From assembly GCA_965214605.1 (NCBI GenBank), contig OZ243961.1, positions 832,001-896,000 of the forward strand: DNA of 64,000 nt. The letters run 5' to 3'. The notes beneath the pieces are model-generated. The model worked only from the letters and a program-made list of their open reading frames with translations. It was not told the DNA's origin and did not search any database. The DNA is from an uncultured Candidatus Binatia bacterium. Lineage in GTDB: Bacteria; Desulfobacterota; Binatia; Bin18. Shown here one piece after another: positions 1-9,704 of this stretch; position 1 is the first letter of the stretch, and each line of letters begins with the position of its first letter. Position numbers and translations under genes: made by a program.

Positions 1-647
1 GGGGGCGACGGGGGGGCCTGAGGGGAAGGCGTCACGGTCAGCGGATCAGCGGGCGGTCCGGACGATATTGTCACGCCGGGTCGCGGCTCAGATGAACTGA
101 CGAGGTGGAATGGCTGGACCGTTTGACGCGGTTGAGTTGGCACCCCCAGGGGTGGATCGGCATCAATGATCGAAACCTCGGCAATAGCCGCCAGCTGGGT
201 GAGCTGTGGAGCGGCTTCGGTTCTTTGAGTCCGCACGATGACCCGATGCGGGTTGGAGAGGAGCTGGACCTGGCAGACGCGCTCGTCGGTCAGGTCTAGC
301 ACGACCCGTGCCGTGTCTGGACGGAACTGGGCGGTCCGGACGCGTTGGACCGGCCCATGCCGGACGTCGAGACTGGACACAATCTGGTTGCCGAGCTTGG
401 CTGGAGCAATATCCACATAACAGCGGTGCGGCCGCTTATGGCTCGGGTCGGCCTTCAGAGTCGCGTACCGGAATGCCACCGGGGCAGACAGCGCAATAGA
501 GACCTGTCCGGACGTGGCCGACACAGTCTGAACGATCGCTCTCTCGGCGGCCCGAAGCCCCGATTGTCCGCCCACAGAAAGCGAACAGACTACCAGCAAG
601 AGGAGACGGGACAAAGCATGCATCGGACGCGCACTCTGGTCTGGCAT
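1..647 (-). CDS. AMIN-domain secreted protein, probably the N-terminus of an N-acetylmuramoyl-L-alanine amidase (partial, runs off left edge)
   Basis: Not in the ORF track. Minus-strand translation gives a signal-peptide-like LLLLVVCSLSVGG, then RCYVDI...VQRVRTAQFRPDTARVVLDL (AMIN motif) and a Pro-rich linker. GGAGAGGA RBS precedes ATG at 647. Confidence 0.7.
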   Translation of the reverse strand, partial: MPDQSARPMHALSRLLLLVVCSLSVGGQSGLRAAERAIVQTVSATSGQVSIALSAPVAFRYATLKADPSHKRPHRCYVDIAPAKLGNQIVSSLDVRHGPVQRVRTAQFRPDTARVVLDLTDERVCQVQLLSNPHRVIVRTQRTEAAPQLTQLAAIAEVSIIDADPPLGVPTQPRQTVQPFHLVSSSEPRPGVTISSGPPADPLTVTPSPQAPPSP

Positions 648-693
648 GACGACAGGTCCTCTCCCTAAGCTAACGGAGGGGGAGAGAAGGGCG

Positions 694-1094
694 GAGAGGA
701 GATCGATAAGCCGGATTCTGTTCCCCTGTGTAATGCACTGAGGCCATGGTCATTCCTCTTGGCAGCACGTTACCGTGCTGCTCTAGCGACCGAACCCGGA
801 AGGCAGAGTGGGGCGGCTCTTGTCCGCAAACGGACCCTTCCTACTTTGGTCTTGCTCCGGGTGGGGTTTACCCAACGCCCCCGATCTCTCAGGGACTTGG
901 TGAGCTCTTACCTCACCTTTTCACCCTTGCTGAGAGCGGCTTCCGACGTCCGTCCTGGCCCCTCTCTAGCGGTCTCTTTTCTGTGGCACTTTCCCTGCCT
1001 CACGGCCGGCCGCTGTTAGCGGCCACCCTACCCCAAGGAGTCCGGACTTTCCTCGAACCTGGCGGGCAGGTCCGCGACCATGTAATCTCCTCTC
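694..1094 (-). ncRNA. rnpB: RNase P RNA (bacterial type A)
   Basis: Minus strand has GAGGAAAGTCCGGACTCC near the 5' end and ACAGAATCCGGCTTAT near the 3' end. Terminal GAGAGGAGAT/ATCTCCTCTC pair as P1. Confidence 0.95.
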
Positions 1095-1110
1095 ACACTG
1101 ACGGCCTCAG

Positions 1111-1854
1111 TCAGGCTTCCTGTTCCCCCTCGCTCGCCTGCGGCCAATAGATGATTCGCGTACAATGCGGACAGTAATAAATTTTTTCGGACTGCTGAAG
1201 TTGACTACTCTGGATCTGATTGCACAGCTGGGGGGGAAGCCGCATATGGCAGCCCTGGCATGTTCCCTGTTGAATCTGCACCACGGCAAGCCCACCGCAT
1301 TTGGTAAAGACGCGCTCATACCGACTCTGGAGTGCTGAGTCAAGAGAGCCGATCAGGACGCTGCGCTTCTCGCGTTGCTGCTGCGATTCATCTTCTAGGA
1401 CCGTTATTTGGTCATCCGTCCGCTCCGCTTCTTGCTGGTGCTGGACCTTCAGGGTTCCCAAACGGACCTGGCTCCGGGTCAGACCCTCGTTCTCCTGCTC
1501 TATCTGTTCAAGCAACCGCAGCGTGCTCTCTTCTAGCTTGCCCTTTTCTTCCCGCATCAGTTCAATCTCTCGCTGGGCGGCAAGCATTTCCCGCTCATTG
1601 CGGATACGGTTCAGGCGTACCCGCTTTTCCTTGATTTTGTCTTCTTCTAGTTTGAGCCGCCCTTCGATGTCCTGATGCTGAGCCTCAAGCTCCTGTAGCT
1701 TTTGGTGTTGGGCTTCCGCCTCCTGCTCCGTTTGCTCCATCTCCGAGCTAATAGCGGTCACATGCTGACGTAACTCTTGCAGAAGCTGTTCTTTTCGATA
1801 AAGCTCTTGGTCAAGCTTCTGAAGCGCAGCCAGCACATCGATCTGTGTGGCCAA
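1111..1854 (-). CDS. C4-type zinc ribbon coiled-coil protein (CT398/DUF164-like)
   Basis: Long coiled coil, then CQGCHM...CPHCTRI. AGGAGG RBS 6 nt before TTG at 1854. Usual neighbour of rnpB. Confidence 0.85.
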   Translation of the reverse strand: MATQIDVLAALQKLDQELYRKEQLLQELRQHVTAISSEMEQTEQEAEAQHQKLQELEAQHQDIEGRLKLEEDKIKEKRVRLNRIRNEREMLAAQREIELMREEKGKLEESTLRLLEQIEQENEGLTRSQVRLGTLKVQHQQEAERTDDQITVLEDESQQQREKRSVLIGSLDSALQSRYERVFTKCGGLAVVQIQQGTCQGCHMRLPPQLCNQIQSSQLQQSEKIYYCPHCTRIIYWPQASEGEQEA

Positions 1855-1918
1855 CAGATACCTCCTTTCGCTTTTGTCTTGCGGTGTCGAACGGGTCGAG
1901 AGCGAAGAGTCCAACGTA

Positions 1919-1992
1919 TGGGCCCACCAGGACTCGAACCTGGGACCAGCCGGTTATGAGCCGGCCGCTCTGACCAACTGAGCTATGGGCCC
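1919..1992 (-). tRNA. tRNA-Ile2 (anticodon CAT, lysidine type); CCA not encoded
   Basis: GGGCCCATAGCTCAGTTGGTCAGAGCGGCCGGCTCATAACCGGCTGGTCCCAGGTTCGAGTCCTGGTGGGCCCA folds as a cloverleaf. G1:C72 pair, no GGG/CCC fMet anticodon stem, and position downstream of dnaG fit Ile2. Confidence 0.88.
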
Positions 1993-2130
1993 CCCTGACA
2001 CGGACTGCACATTCTCACTCCCGAAATTTCCGAGGAGAGACACTATGGGGGCCCTGACGCGGACTGCACACCTCCGACCGCCGCCGCCGTGATCCGGCAC
2101 TCTCTGAAGCCCCCTGACACGGACTGCACA
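1993..2130. repeat. Three 19-bp direct repeats CCCTGAC(A/G)CGGACTGCACA with 40-41 bp unique intervals
   Basis: Copies at 1993-2011, 2052-2070 and 2112-2130; 1 mismatch in total. Confidence 0.9.
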
Positions 2131-2219
2131 CTGAACTCTGTCTGCGCTCCTCCATATCATACGCCTAGGACTATGCCTACTACTCGCCCTCGTTCACGTC
2201 GTGTTTCTCCAGATCTTTC

Positions 2220-4025
2220 TTATCCCAGCTGTTGTAACTGCTGGAGGCTACGGCGGACAGTCTCTTCATCGCCCCTCAGTTCGGCTTCCCGGAGCTGTTG
2301 CTGGAGCCGTCCGCGGGCAGATTTGCGCCGGGTGGTTTGCAGACGCCGAACACAATCGGCGAACAACTGTTCCCGCTGATCGGTTTCCTCGTCGGGCTGG
2401 ACATCGGCCCGGCTCACCCGAGCGGCCAGTCCCTCCAGCTCTTGGGGGAGTTTGTCCAGCATCGTCCCGATATCAATCTGGTCGTGTTCTTGCCATACTG
2501 CGACAATGTCTGCGGCCAGGGCCTGCCAGTGTTGAAAAGTACCAACAACACCCTCACCGGCGGCCCGCAGGGCGAGCTGACGATCGATGAGCATCAAATA
2601 CAGCAACTCCGTCTCCACCGCAGCCTGGGGAGAGAGAACGGACGGACGACGAGACCGGCGCTGGGTTTCTTGAGGCAGTGGGGGGCGACGCGATGCGGTT
2701 TGGGACGGATTCGGGCCCACTGCCGAGCGCCGAAGTTCCTCTTCGTTCACTCCAAAATGTTGCGCGATCTGCGTCAGCAGCGCCCCTCGGAGCATCGCAT
2801 CGTTCGGTTTCAACTCGGAGAGCGCAGCCTGTGCGGCCTGAGCCCGTTGAAAAGCCGACGCCCCGGGAGGGAGGGAGTGACGAAGCAAATAGAAATCCTG
2901 AAGAGACTCGGCCCGATCAATCAGGTCATCTAGCGCAGCCCGTCCGTGTTTGCGGACGAAGGAATCGGGATCCTCGCCCTCGGGCAGAAAAATACCGCGG
3001 CCGTTCACTTCGGCTTCCAGACACAGAGGATAGGCCCGGGTTGCCGCCCGTCGACCAGCCTCATCGCCGTCAAAAAAGAGGGAGACCTCACGGGTAAAGC
3101 GACGCACCTGCCTGAGCTGATTAACGGTCAGGGCCGTTCCTAAAACGGCAACCGTCTCACTATGGCCGTGCTGGGCCAGAGCTAAAAGGTCGATATAGCC
3201 CTCAACAATCAGGGCGCGTTCGCAGCTTTTGATGGCAGTCTTAGCTTGGGCCAAGCCGTATACCAGCGTCCCCTTTTTATACACCGCAGACTCCGACGAA
3301 TTGATGTATTTGGGCAAGGGGCGGGACCGACGATGCGGCGCCGAGCCCTGCCTCGCCTGCTCAGCCTGGGGTAACAGCCGTCCGCCAAAGCCGACCGGCT
3401 GGCCGACCACATCGGTAATGGGAAATATCAGACGGTGGCGAAATCTGTCATAATAGCCTCCCCTCTGCTGCTTCCCAATGAGCCCCAACCGCACGGCATG
3501 GCTCAGGTCGGCCTGTTGCTTGGTCAAAAAGCGGACCAGACCATCCCAGCCGGGCGGGGCAAAGCCCAGCCGGAACTGTGCGACCACATCGGGTCGGAGT
3601 CCGCGTTGGGCCAAGTATCGACGGGCCTCGCCCCCGATAGGGCTGGCGAGGCAGCGCTGAAAATAGCTACTGGCCAGTTCGTTGAGGCGGTACAGACGGA
3701 CGCGTTCCTGGGCCTGAGGGTCATGACTCGCTGGCAGGACTACGCCAGCCTGTTTGGCCAGCCGGCGCACGGCTTCCGGAAACGTGAGCCCCTCAATTTT
3801 AGAGACAAAGGTGAACACACTCCCACTGACCTGGCAGCCAAAACAGTGAAAGAAGCCGCGCTCCTCGTGGACGCTAAAGGACGGGGTCTTCTCGGCATGA
3901 AAGGGACACAGACCCGTATAGTTCCGGCCTGATTTGCTCAGGGCGACATAGCCCGATACGACGTCAACAATACTGAGACGAGCGCGGATCTCGGCTAGAG
4001 TAGCCTCGGGAATCCGGTCTGCCAT
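2220..4025 (-). CDS. dnaG: DNA primase
   Basis: CPFHAEKTPSF...CFGC zinc finger, KYINS, VEGYID, FDGDEAG, DPD TOPRIM motifs. Confidence 0.97.
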   Translation of the reverse strand: MADRIPEATLAEIRARLSIVDVVSGYVALSKSGRNYTGLCPFHAEKTPSFSVHEERGFFHCFGCQVSGSVFTFVSKIEGLTFPEAVRRLAKQAGVVLPASHDPQAQERVRLYRLNELASSYFQRCLASPIGGEARRYLAQRGLRPDVVAQFRLGFAPPGWDGLVRFLTKQQADLSHAVRLGLIGKQQRGGYYDRFRHRLIFPITDVVGQPVGFGGRLLPQAEQARQGSAPHRRSRPLPKYINSSESAVYKKGTLVYGLAQAKTAIKSCERALIVEGYIDLLALAQHGHSETVAVLGTALTVNQLRQVRRFTREVSLFFDGDEAGRRAATRAYPLCLEAEVNGRGIFLPEGEDPDSFVRKHGRAALDDLIDRAESLQDFYLLRHSLPPGASAFQRAQAAQAALSELKPNDAMLRGALLTQIAQHFGVNEEELRRSAVGPNPSQTASRRPPLPQETQRRSRRPSVLSPQAAVETELLYLMLIDRQLALRAAGEGVVGTFQHWQALAADIVAVWQEHDQIDIGTMLDKLPQELEGLAARVSRADVQPDEETDQREQLFADCVRRLQTTRRKSARGRLQQQLREAELRGDEETVRRSLQQLQQLG

Positions 4026-4085
4026 GTGAGCGGCCTCTCAATCAGAAGAGTTCGGATACAGTATGACAGCTGTCATATCCCGCGT

Positions 4086-4120
4086 AAAGCAAAACACCCA
4101 CCCGAACTCGGGTGGGTGTG
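4086..4120 (-). terminator. Intrinsic terminator between rpsU and dnaG
   Basis: CACCCACCCG-AGTT-CGGGTGGGTG hairpin followed by TTTTGCTTT on the minus strand. Confidence 0.8.
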
Positions 4121-4159
4121 TGGAGATACGCAGTGCAGGACGGGGCGGATCAGGAAAAT

Positions 4160-4357
4160 TTAGTAGAACGAACGGCTCGCTCGACGTAAGGCACGTTTTC
4201 TGGCGGCGACGGCTTTTCGTTTACGACGCACACTCGGTTTTTCATAGTGCTCACGCTTTTTGAGTTCCTGGAGAATACCGGCCTTCTCGCACTGCTTTTT
4301 AAAACGGCGGATGGCACTTTCTATGGGTTCGTTCTCTTTAACTCGGACACCTGCCAT
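4160..4357 (-). CDS. rpsU: 30S ribosomal protein S21
   Basis: [35 protein letters not shown]. Confidence 0.97.
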   Translation of the reverse strand: MAGVRVKENEPIESAIRRFKKQCEKAGILQELKKREHYEKPSVRRKRKAVAARKRALRRASRSFY

Positions 4358-4476
4358 GGGTCAACCACCTCCTCCCAGGCGAGGCCTAACAATCCACTAG
4401 GATAGACGTTCCTCCAAGAAAGTCAAGCGTTTGTCCGCAAAGTGGACAAGCCACCACGGATAGCACACAATAAGTC

Positions 4477-6543
4477 ATGGCCGAGACAGCTCCTCTCAAG
4501 TCCCCTCCTCCCCAGAAACTCTTCGCCTTCCTGCAAACCCGCCAGCAGATCGTCAACATTCTGCTGGCCTGTGTTGTCGGGCTGCTCGTCGGCGTGGCGG
4601 CGATTGGCTTTCACGAACTGCTCCATCTTGTCCAGAAAATCGCTCTTGGCTCGACTTCTCCGCTGGCCATCCTCCCAACCCTGCCGTGGTATTGGAAGGT
4701 GGGTCTGCCGGCTATCGGCGGCCTGCTAGTCGCCCCGATTGTCACCCGCTGGGCGGTTGAGGCCAAGGGGCACGGCGTGCCAGAGGTCATGGAAGCCGTT
4801 GCCCTGCGAGGGGGCATCATTCGAGCCCGGGTAGCCCTGGCCAAAGCCATAGCTTCAGCAGTGACGATCGGAACGGGGGGATCGACCGGTCGTGAGGGGC
4901 CTGTCATCCAGATTGGCTCTGCTCTGGGTTCGAGCTGCGGCCAGCTGCTGCGCCTGTCCCCGGATCAGGTGCGAACGCTGGTCGGCTGTGGAGCGGCAGG
5001 CGGGATTGCGGCAACATTCAACGCCCCGATTGCCGGAGCATTCTTCGCTCTTGAGGTAATTTTGGGGAATTTTGCCGTCCCGGCGTTTGCGCCAATTGTG
5101 CTCTCGTCCGTACTGGCGACCGCGGTCTCCCGTGCCTATCTGGGCAACGTTCCGGCCTTTCAGATTCCCCAGTACTCCCTACTGCACTATGGCGAGGTCC
5201 CCCTGTACGCCCTGCTCGGCATCCTGATGGGACTAGTAGCCGTCATCTTCATTCGTGTCCTCTATAAGAGTGAGGATCTGTTTGACCGCAGTCCTCTTCC
5301 ACCGGTCTTACGGACGACTGTCGGTGGCCTGCTAGTCGGTGGTCTGCTCCTGTACTGGCCCGAAGTGTATGGGACAGGCTTTGAGGCTATGTATTACCTG
5401 CTGCACGAGGCAACCGAATGGCAGTTTTTGGCTCTCCTGTTCGGCATCAAACTCATCGCCACATGTACAACCCTCGGCTCGGGTGCATCGGGTGGAATCT
5501 TCTCACCATCCTTGTTTCTCGGCGTTGTGGCCGGGGGCTTATTCGGTCATGTCGTACACGCCGTCCTCCCCGGCCTGACTGCTGAGCCCGAAGCGTATGC
5601 CATGGTTGGTATGGGTGCGGTTGTGGCAGGGACAACCCACGCTCCGGTCACCTCGATTTTAATGCTGTTTGAGCTGACCGGGGACTATCATATCATTCTG
5701 CCGGTGATGATTGCGTGTACCTTGAGCACCGTCACAGCCCGCTATCTCTATACGCACTCCATCTATACGTTGAAGCTCTCCCGCAAAGGCGTCTCGTTGA
5801 TCCGGGGCAGGGAGGAGACGGTCATGCAATCCTTCCACGTTGCCGATGTCATGCATAGCCCAGCCCCGACGCTGGAGGAACACACTTCATTCCAGGAGAT
5901 TGTCGATAAATTTCTGGACTCCCAGGAACCGCATTACTATTTGGTCGATCGTGATGAGCATCTGACCGGAGTGATTCATCTCCATGATGTCAAGGGCTTT
6001 CTGAACGATGGAGAACTCGGCGGGCTGATCATTGCCCGCGATGTGGCCCATTCCATATCGGTCATGACCTACCCCGGCGAAACGCTAGCCGAGTGCCTAG
6101 AGAAGTTTAGCGGCAACGCCACCGAACGCCTGCCGGTTGTTGATTCATACGCAGTTCCCAAAGTGATCGGGGTTGTCGCCCAGCAGGACGTCATCGACTT
6201 GTATAACCGTGAGGTATTGCGCAAAGAGTTCTTGGGAACCTTACCCTCCACCTCACCCCAGCCCAACAATGCGATCACCCTGCCGCCCCAATACACCGTT
6301 GTCCCGTTGCGTCTCCCCACAGCGTTTCGCGGCAAAACACTCAAAGAGCTCGATCTGCGCGCCCAGTACCACGTGACTGTGGTGGCTGTTCGAACGAGTA
6401 TGAACTCGGGGACACGCGATTATCTGCCCCAGCCCGACCAACCGCTGCAAACCACCGATACCCTGATTCTGACCGGTCACCGGGAAGCGCTAGAGGCATT
6501 CCAGCAGCGCTTCTCCGCAACCGGAGAGATGGAGAACGGATAA
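4477..6543 (+). CDS. ClC chloride channel/antiporter with CBS pair and C-terminal TrkA_C (RCK_C) domain
   Basis: GHGVPE, GREGP, FNAPIAG and GIFSP motifs; CBS repeats; GKTLKELDLRAQYHVTVVAV TrkA_C. Confidence 0.92.
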   Translation: MAETAPLKSPPPQKLFAFLQTRQQIVNILLACVVGLLVGVAAIGFHELLHLVQKIALGSTSPLAILPTLPWYWKVGLPAIGGLLVAPIVTRWAVEAKGHGVPEVMEAVALRGGIIRARVALAKAIASAVTIGTGGSTGREGPVIQIGSALGSSCGQLLRLSPDQVRTLVGCGAAGGIAATFNAPIAGAFFALEVILGNFAVPAFAPIVLSSVLATAVSRAYLGNVPAFQIPQYSLLHYGEVPLYALLGILMGLVAVIFIRVLYKSEDLFDRSPLPPVLRTTVGGLLVGGLLLYWPEVYGTGFEAMYYLLHEATEWQFLALLFGIKLIATCTTLGSGASGGIFSPSLFLGVVAGGLFGHVVHAVLPGLTAEPEAYAMVGMGAVVAGTTHAPVTSILMLFELTGDYHIILPVMIACTLSTVTARYLYTHSIYTLKLSRKGVSLIRGREETVMQSFHVADVMHSPAPTLEEHTSFQEIVDKFLDSQEPHYYLVDRDEHLTGVIHLHDVKGFLNDGELGGLIIARDVAHSISVMTYPGETLAECLEKFSGNATERLPVVDSYAVPKVIGVVAQQDVIDLYNREVLRKEFLGTLPSTSPQPNNAITLPPQYTVVPLRLPTAFRGKTLKELDLRAQYHVTVVAVRTSMNSGTRDYLPQPDQPLQTTDTLILTGHREALEAFQQRFSATGEMENG

Positions 6544-6571
6544 CTGACATGATCGCCTCGGCTCGCGAGGG

Positions 6572-7924
6572 TCAGTCCGCCGCCGCTTCGCTCCGCTCAA
6601 TACACTCCCAAAACAGCCGATGCCAATTCGTCACCGTTCGGAACTGCTGCACGTAGGCTTCCAAACCGAGCAGGGCACGCACTAGAAACAGGCGGTGTCC
6701 GGGCGCGTTGAAGATCCGCTTCTCAAGGCTAATGGTCGTGACCTTGACACTCTTCTCGGCCGAATGAAAATCGTGCGGGTCATAAACCCGATCTTCCAAT
6801 ACCGGCTCAAAGAGTAAATACATAATCTGGATCAGCGGTGCAGGATCAACATCGGCATCCAAAAAGCCGAGCGAGACGAAACAACCCGCCATGGTCTGTT
6901 CATCGCGCTCGACAATCGCCCGCGCCAGAGCCAGATATGAGCGTCGGATCGCTGGGGGAAAGATCCGCACGCTGCCAAAATCGAGCATGGCAATCTTGGG
7001 GTGATAGGTCACCAGATAATTCCCCGGCTGAGGATCGGTCTGCAGCACCCCAAAGTCAAAAATCTGTCGCCAGGTGAGCTGAAAGTATTTGATTGCCACC
7101 CAGTCTTTCAACTCCTTGTCAACGCCTGGGACAAGAATATCGTGGAGGGTGTAGCCGTCAATATACTCCATGGTCAGCACGCGTTGGGATGAAAACTTGG
7201 GGAACACGCGGGGGATGAGCAGCTCTTCGTCATCGGCAAACAAACGCCGAAAGCGGTTGATATTCTTGGCCTCGTGCAGGTAATCAAGCTCTTCGTGCAG
7301 CCGCTCTGCCATTTCGTGATAGATTTCAGCCACCTCAAACCGTTGGCGCAAGATATCGCGGGTGCACAGTGTTAACACCTGGAGTAGAGCCTGTATATTT
7401 TTGAGATCTTGCTCAACGGTCTTATCCACGCCGGGATACTGGATCTTGACAACCACATCCCTCCCGTTCTTGAGTCTCGCCCGATGGACCTGACCGAGCG
7501 ACGCGGCAGCAAAGGCCTCAGGCTCGAAGTGTTTAAACAAGCGGTCTGGCCAGGCGCCGAGTTCCGCCTTGACCTGGTCCCGGATGAGTTCATAGTCCAT
7601 CGGTGGGACAGAGGACTGAACGACCGACAAGACGTCTACGACCTCAGACGGCAGCAGATCACCGCGCATACTGAGCATCTGGATGAGCTTCATAAACGCC
7701 CCGCGCAACTCGCGCGAACACTCAACAATACGCAGGGCGTTCTTGAGGTGTACGTCTAGCCGCGCCTGCTCTTTTTTGTCAGCGGATTGGAAGAGATGTG
7801 TCAGAGCGTGCCAAACATAGCTCCCGCCTACCGCCGAGGTCAGCGAGCCGACCTGGAGGGCACGTTTCGCCCGCCCTTGGGTTAAGCTGGATCCTGGGTT
7901 GGAGGCTTTGCGTTTGTGTGACAC
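6572..7924 (-). CDS. AarF/ABC1/UbiB atypical kinase
   Basis: AFAAASLGQVHRA, VVKIQYPG, EELDY, DPQPGNY, LDFG. Confidence 0.92.
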   Translation of the reverse strand: MSHKRKASNPGSSLTQGRAKRALQVGSLTSAVGGSYVWHALTHLFQSADKKEQARLDVHLKNALRIVECSRELRGAFMKLIQMLSMRGDLLPSEVVDVLSVVQSSVPPMDYELIRDQVKAELGAWPDRLFKHFEPEAFAAASLGQVHRARLKNGRDVVVKIQYPGVDKTVEQDLKNIQALLQVLTLCTRDILRQRFEVAEIYHEMAERLHEELDYLHEAKNINRFRRLFADDEELLIPRVFPKFSSQRVLTMEYIDGYTLHDILVPGVDKELKDWVAIKYFQLTWRQIFDFGVLQTDPQPGNYLVTYHPKIAMLDFGSVRIFPPAIRRSYLALARAIVERDEQTMAGCFVSLGFLDADVDPAPLIQIMYLLFEPVLEDRVYDPHDFHSAEKSVKVTTISLEKRIFNAPGHRLFLVRALLGLEAYVQQFRTVTNWHRLFWECIERSEAAAD

Positions 7925-8691
7925 GTCAGGCGATTCATCAGGGTTGCGGCCGCCGCAGCGCCAAAGCCATTATCAATATTCACAACGGTGATGCCAGCCG
8001 CGCACGAGTTGAGCATGGCCAACAGGGCCGCAACTCCATGAAAGCTCGCACCGTAGCCCACGCTGCTTGGCACGGCGATCACCGGCCGATCGACCAATCC
8101 GCCAACAACGCTCGGCAAGGCTCCTTCCATGCCAGCCACAACAATCAGCACGCTGGCCGCCCGGAGCTGCTCGAGACCATCAAGCAGCCGATGCAGGCCG
8201 GCGACCCCCACATCGTACAGACGCTCCACCCGGTTGCCTAGCAGTTCAGCTGACACCGCAGCCTCTTCAGAAACGGGCAAATCGGCCGTTCCAGCCGCAA
8301 CCACAAGCAGGATTCCCTGCTCAGGCGGTGGGCTTGGCGGCTGTCCGAAGGCGGCGATACGTCCCTCGGCGTAATAGCGGAGAGCCGGTAAGAGCCGGCG
8401 GACCGCCTCCACCTTTTCAGCATCAAGACGGGTTACGAGCACGTGATGGCCGTTGGTGATGAGGCGTTGGGCAATCGCCGCAATTTGGGTCGCGCTTTTG
8501 CCCTGGCCGAAAATAACCTCGGGAAACCCGGTGCGGAGCGCGCGATGCTGGTCGACACGGGCAAAGCCGAGGTCTTCAAATGGCAGAGTTTTCAGCGCTT
8601 CGACGGCCTGCTCGACCGCGACCTGTCCACTCTTGACCCGGGATAGTAAGGTCTGCAGGCGAGCGCTATCCATAGTCATCCAATCTATCAA
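7882..8691 (-). CDS. larB: Nickel pincer cofactor biosynthesis protein LarB (PurE-like)
   Basis: RTGFPEVIFGQGK, AGTADLPV, DVGVAGLHR, AGMEGALPSVVGGL, VVNIDNGFGAA. Confidence 0.92.
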   Translation of the reverse strand: MIDWMTMDSARLQTLLSRVKSGQVAVEQAVEALKTLPFEDLGFARVDQHRALRTGFPEVIFGQGKSATQIAAIAQRLITNGHHVLVTRLDAEKVEAVRRLLPALRYYAEGRIAAFGQPPSPPPEQGILLVVAAGTADLPVSEEAAVSAELLGNRVERLYDVGVAGLHRLLDGLEQLRAASVLIVVAGMEGALPSVVGGLVDRPVIAVPSSVGYGASFHGVAALLAMLNSCAAGITVVNIDNGFGAAAAATLMNRLTCHTNAKPPTQDPA

Positions 8692-9668
8692 GCCCGACGA
8701 AAATGGTCATGTCCGCCCCGCGTTGGCGTATATGGCTTGCCCGCCGCATCAATCACTTGACGTCCGTCCCGCTCCGGGACAATCTTTCCGATTCGGGTCA
8801 CGGCGCACTGACAGGTTTCGGCCACAGCCCGCATCACGGTTCGCTGAGCGGCCGGAGCACAGAATAACAACTCATAGTCTTCGCCACCGGTCAGCGCAAG
8901 CTCCCAGGCCTGAGGACCGAGGAGGCCGCGGTAGGCCTCAGACACAGGCAGTTGGGAGACCTCGATACGCATCCCAACATGACTCTCTTCACACAAATGG
9001 TCCAGGTCCTGGAGCAGTCCATCACTCACATCAAGCATTGCGGTGACGAGCCCTCGGGCGGTAATTTCTTGGGCCACCTCAAAACGCGGGCGGGGACACA
9101 CAAAGCGGGCTTTGGGGGGTTGGGAAAGGGCGTCATCCCGGCCCTCTTGGAAAAGCCGCAGGCCCAGAGCCGCGTCTCCCAAGGTGCCCGTCACATACAC
9201 ATCATCGCCGACCCGTGCCCCGGACCGAGTCACAATCCCGTGCGATGCGTGGCCGAGCAGGGTGACCGACACCGTCAGACACGGTCCCGCGCTCATATTA
9301 CCGCCAACCAGAGCGACCTGACGCTCCTCGGCTGCGGCCAGAAAGCCGTCAAAGAAGGCGTCTAGATCCTCGACCTGCTCCTCTTGAGGAACACTGATAC
9401 TGAGCAGCGCAAAGGTTGGTTCACCCCCCATAGCAATAATATCGCTCGCATTGACCGCAAAGGCCTTTGCCCCCAAGCTGGCAAAAGAGGTCCATTCGCG
9501 CCGGAAGTGGACGTTTTCAACCAAGGCGTCGGTGGTCAGGAGGAGCGTCCCGGACAGGCTTAGCGCCGCGCAGTCATCGCCCACACCGAGGGTGACGCGG
9601 GGATCGACAGACAAGCGCCCGCGCAGACGGCGGAGAAATGGGAACTCCCCAAGGTCACGAATTTGCAT
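8688..9668 (-). CDS. thiL: Thiamine-monophosphate kinase
   Basis: GVGDDCA, TTDALVENVHF, NASDIIAMGG, DVSDGL, GGEDYELLF. Confidence 0.95.
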   Translation of the reverse strand: MQIRDLGEFPFLRRLRGRLSVDPRVTLGVGDDCAALSLSGTLLLTTDALVENVHFRREWTSFASLGAKAFAVNASDIIAMGGEPTFALLSISVPQEEQVEDLDAFFDGFLAAAEERQVALVGGNMSAGPCLTVSVTLLGHASHGIVTRSGARVGDDVYVTGTLGDAALGLRLFQEGRDDALSQPPKARFVCPRPRFEVAQEITARGLVTAMLDVSDGLLQDLDHLCEESHVGMRIEVSQLPVSEAYRGLLGPQAWELALTGGEDYELLFCAPAAQRTVMRAVAETCQCAVTRIGKIVPERDGRQVIDAAGKPYTPTRGGHDHFRRA

Positions 9669-9704
9669 CTGCGCTTCTCTCGCCGACTTACAGCCTCGGT
9701 CAGA

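Noticed and set aside
105-1150. Plus-strand ORFs in the track
   Set aside because: Shadows of the minus-strand AMIN gene and rnpB.
1919-1992. tRNA-Met or fMet call
   Set aside because: Paired 1:72 and no GGG/CCC anticodon stem exclude fMet. Sequence and position favour Ile2 over elongator Met, though not with certainty.
1993-2130. CRISPR array
   Set aside because: Only 3 copies of 19 bp, below typical CRISPR repeat length. No cas genes, no AT-rich leader, and the intervals resemble the adjacent tRNA. Kept as an unexplained repeat.
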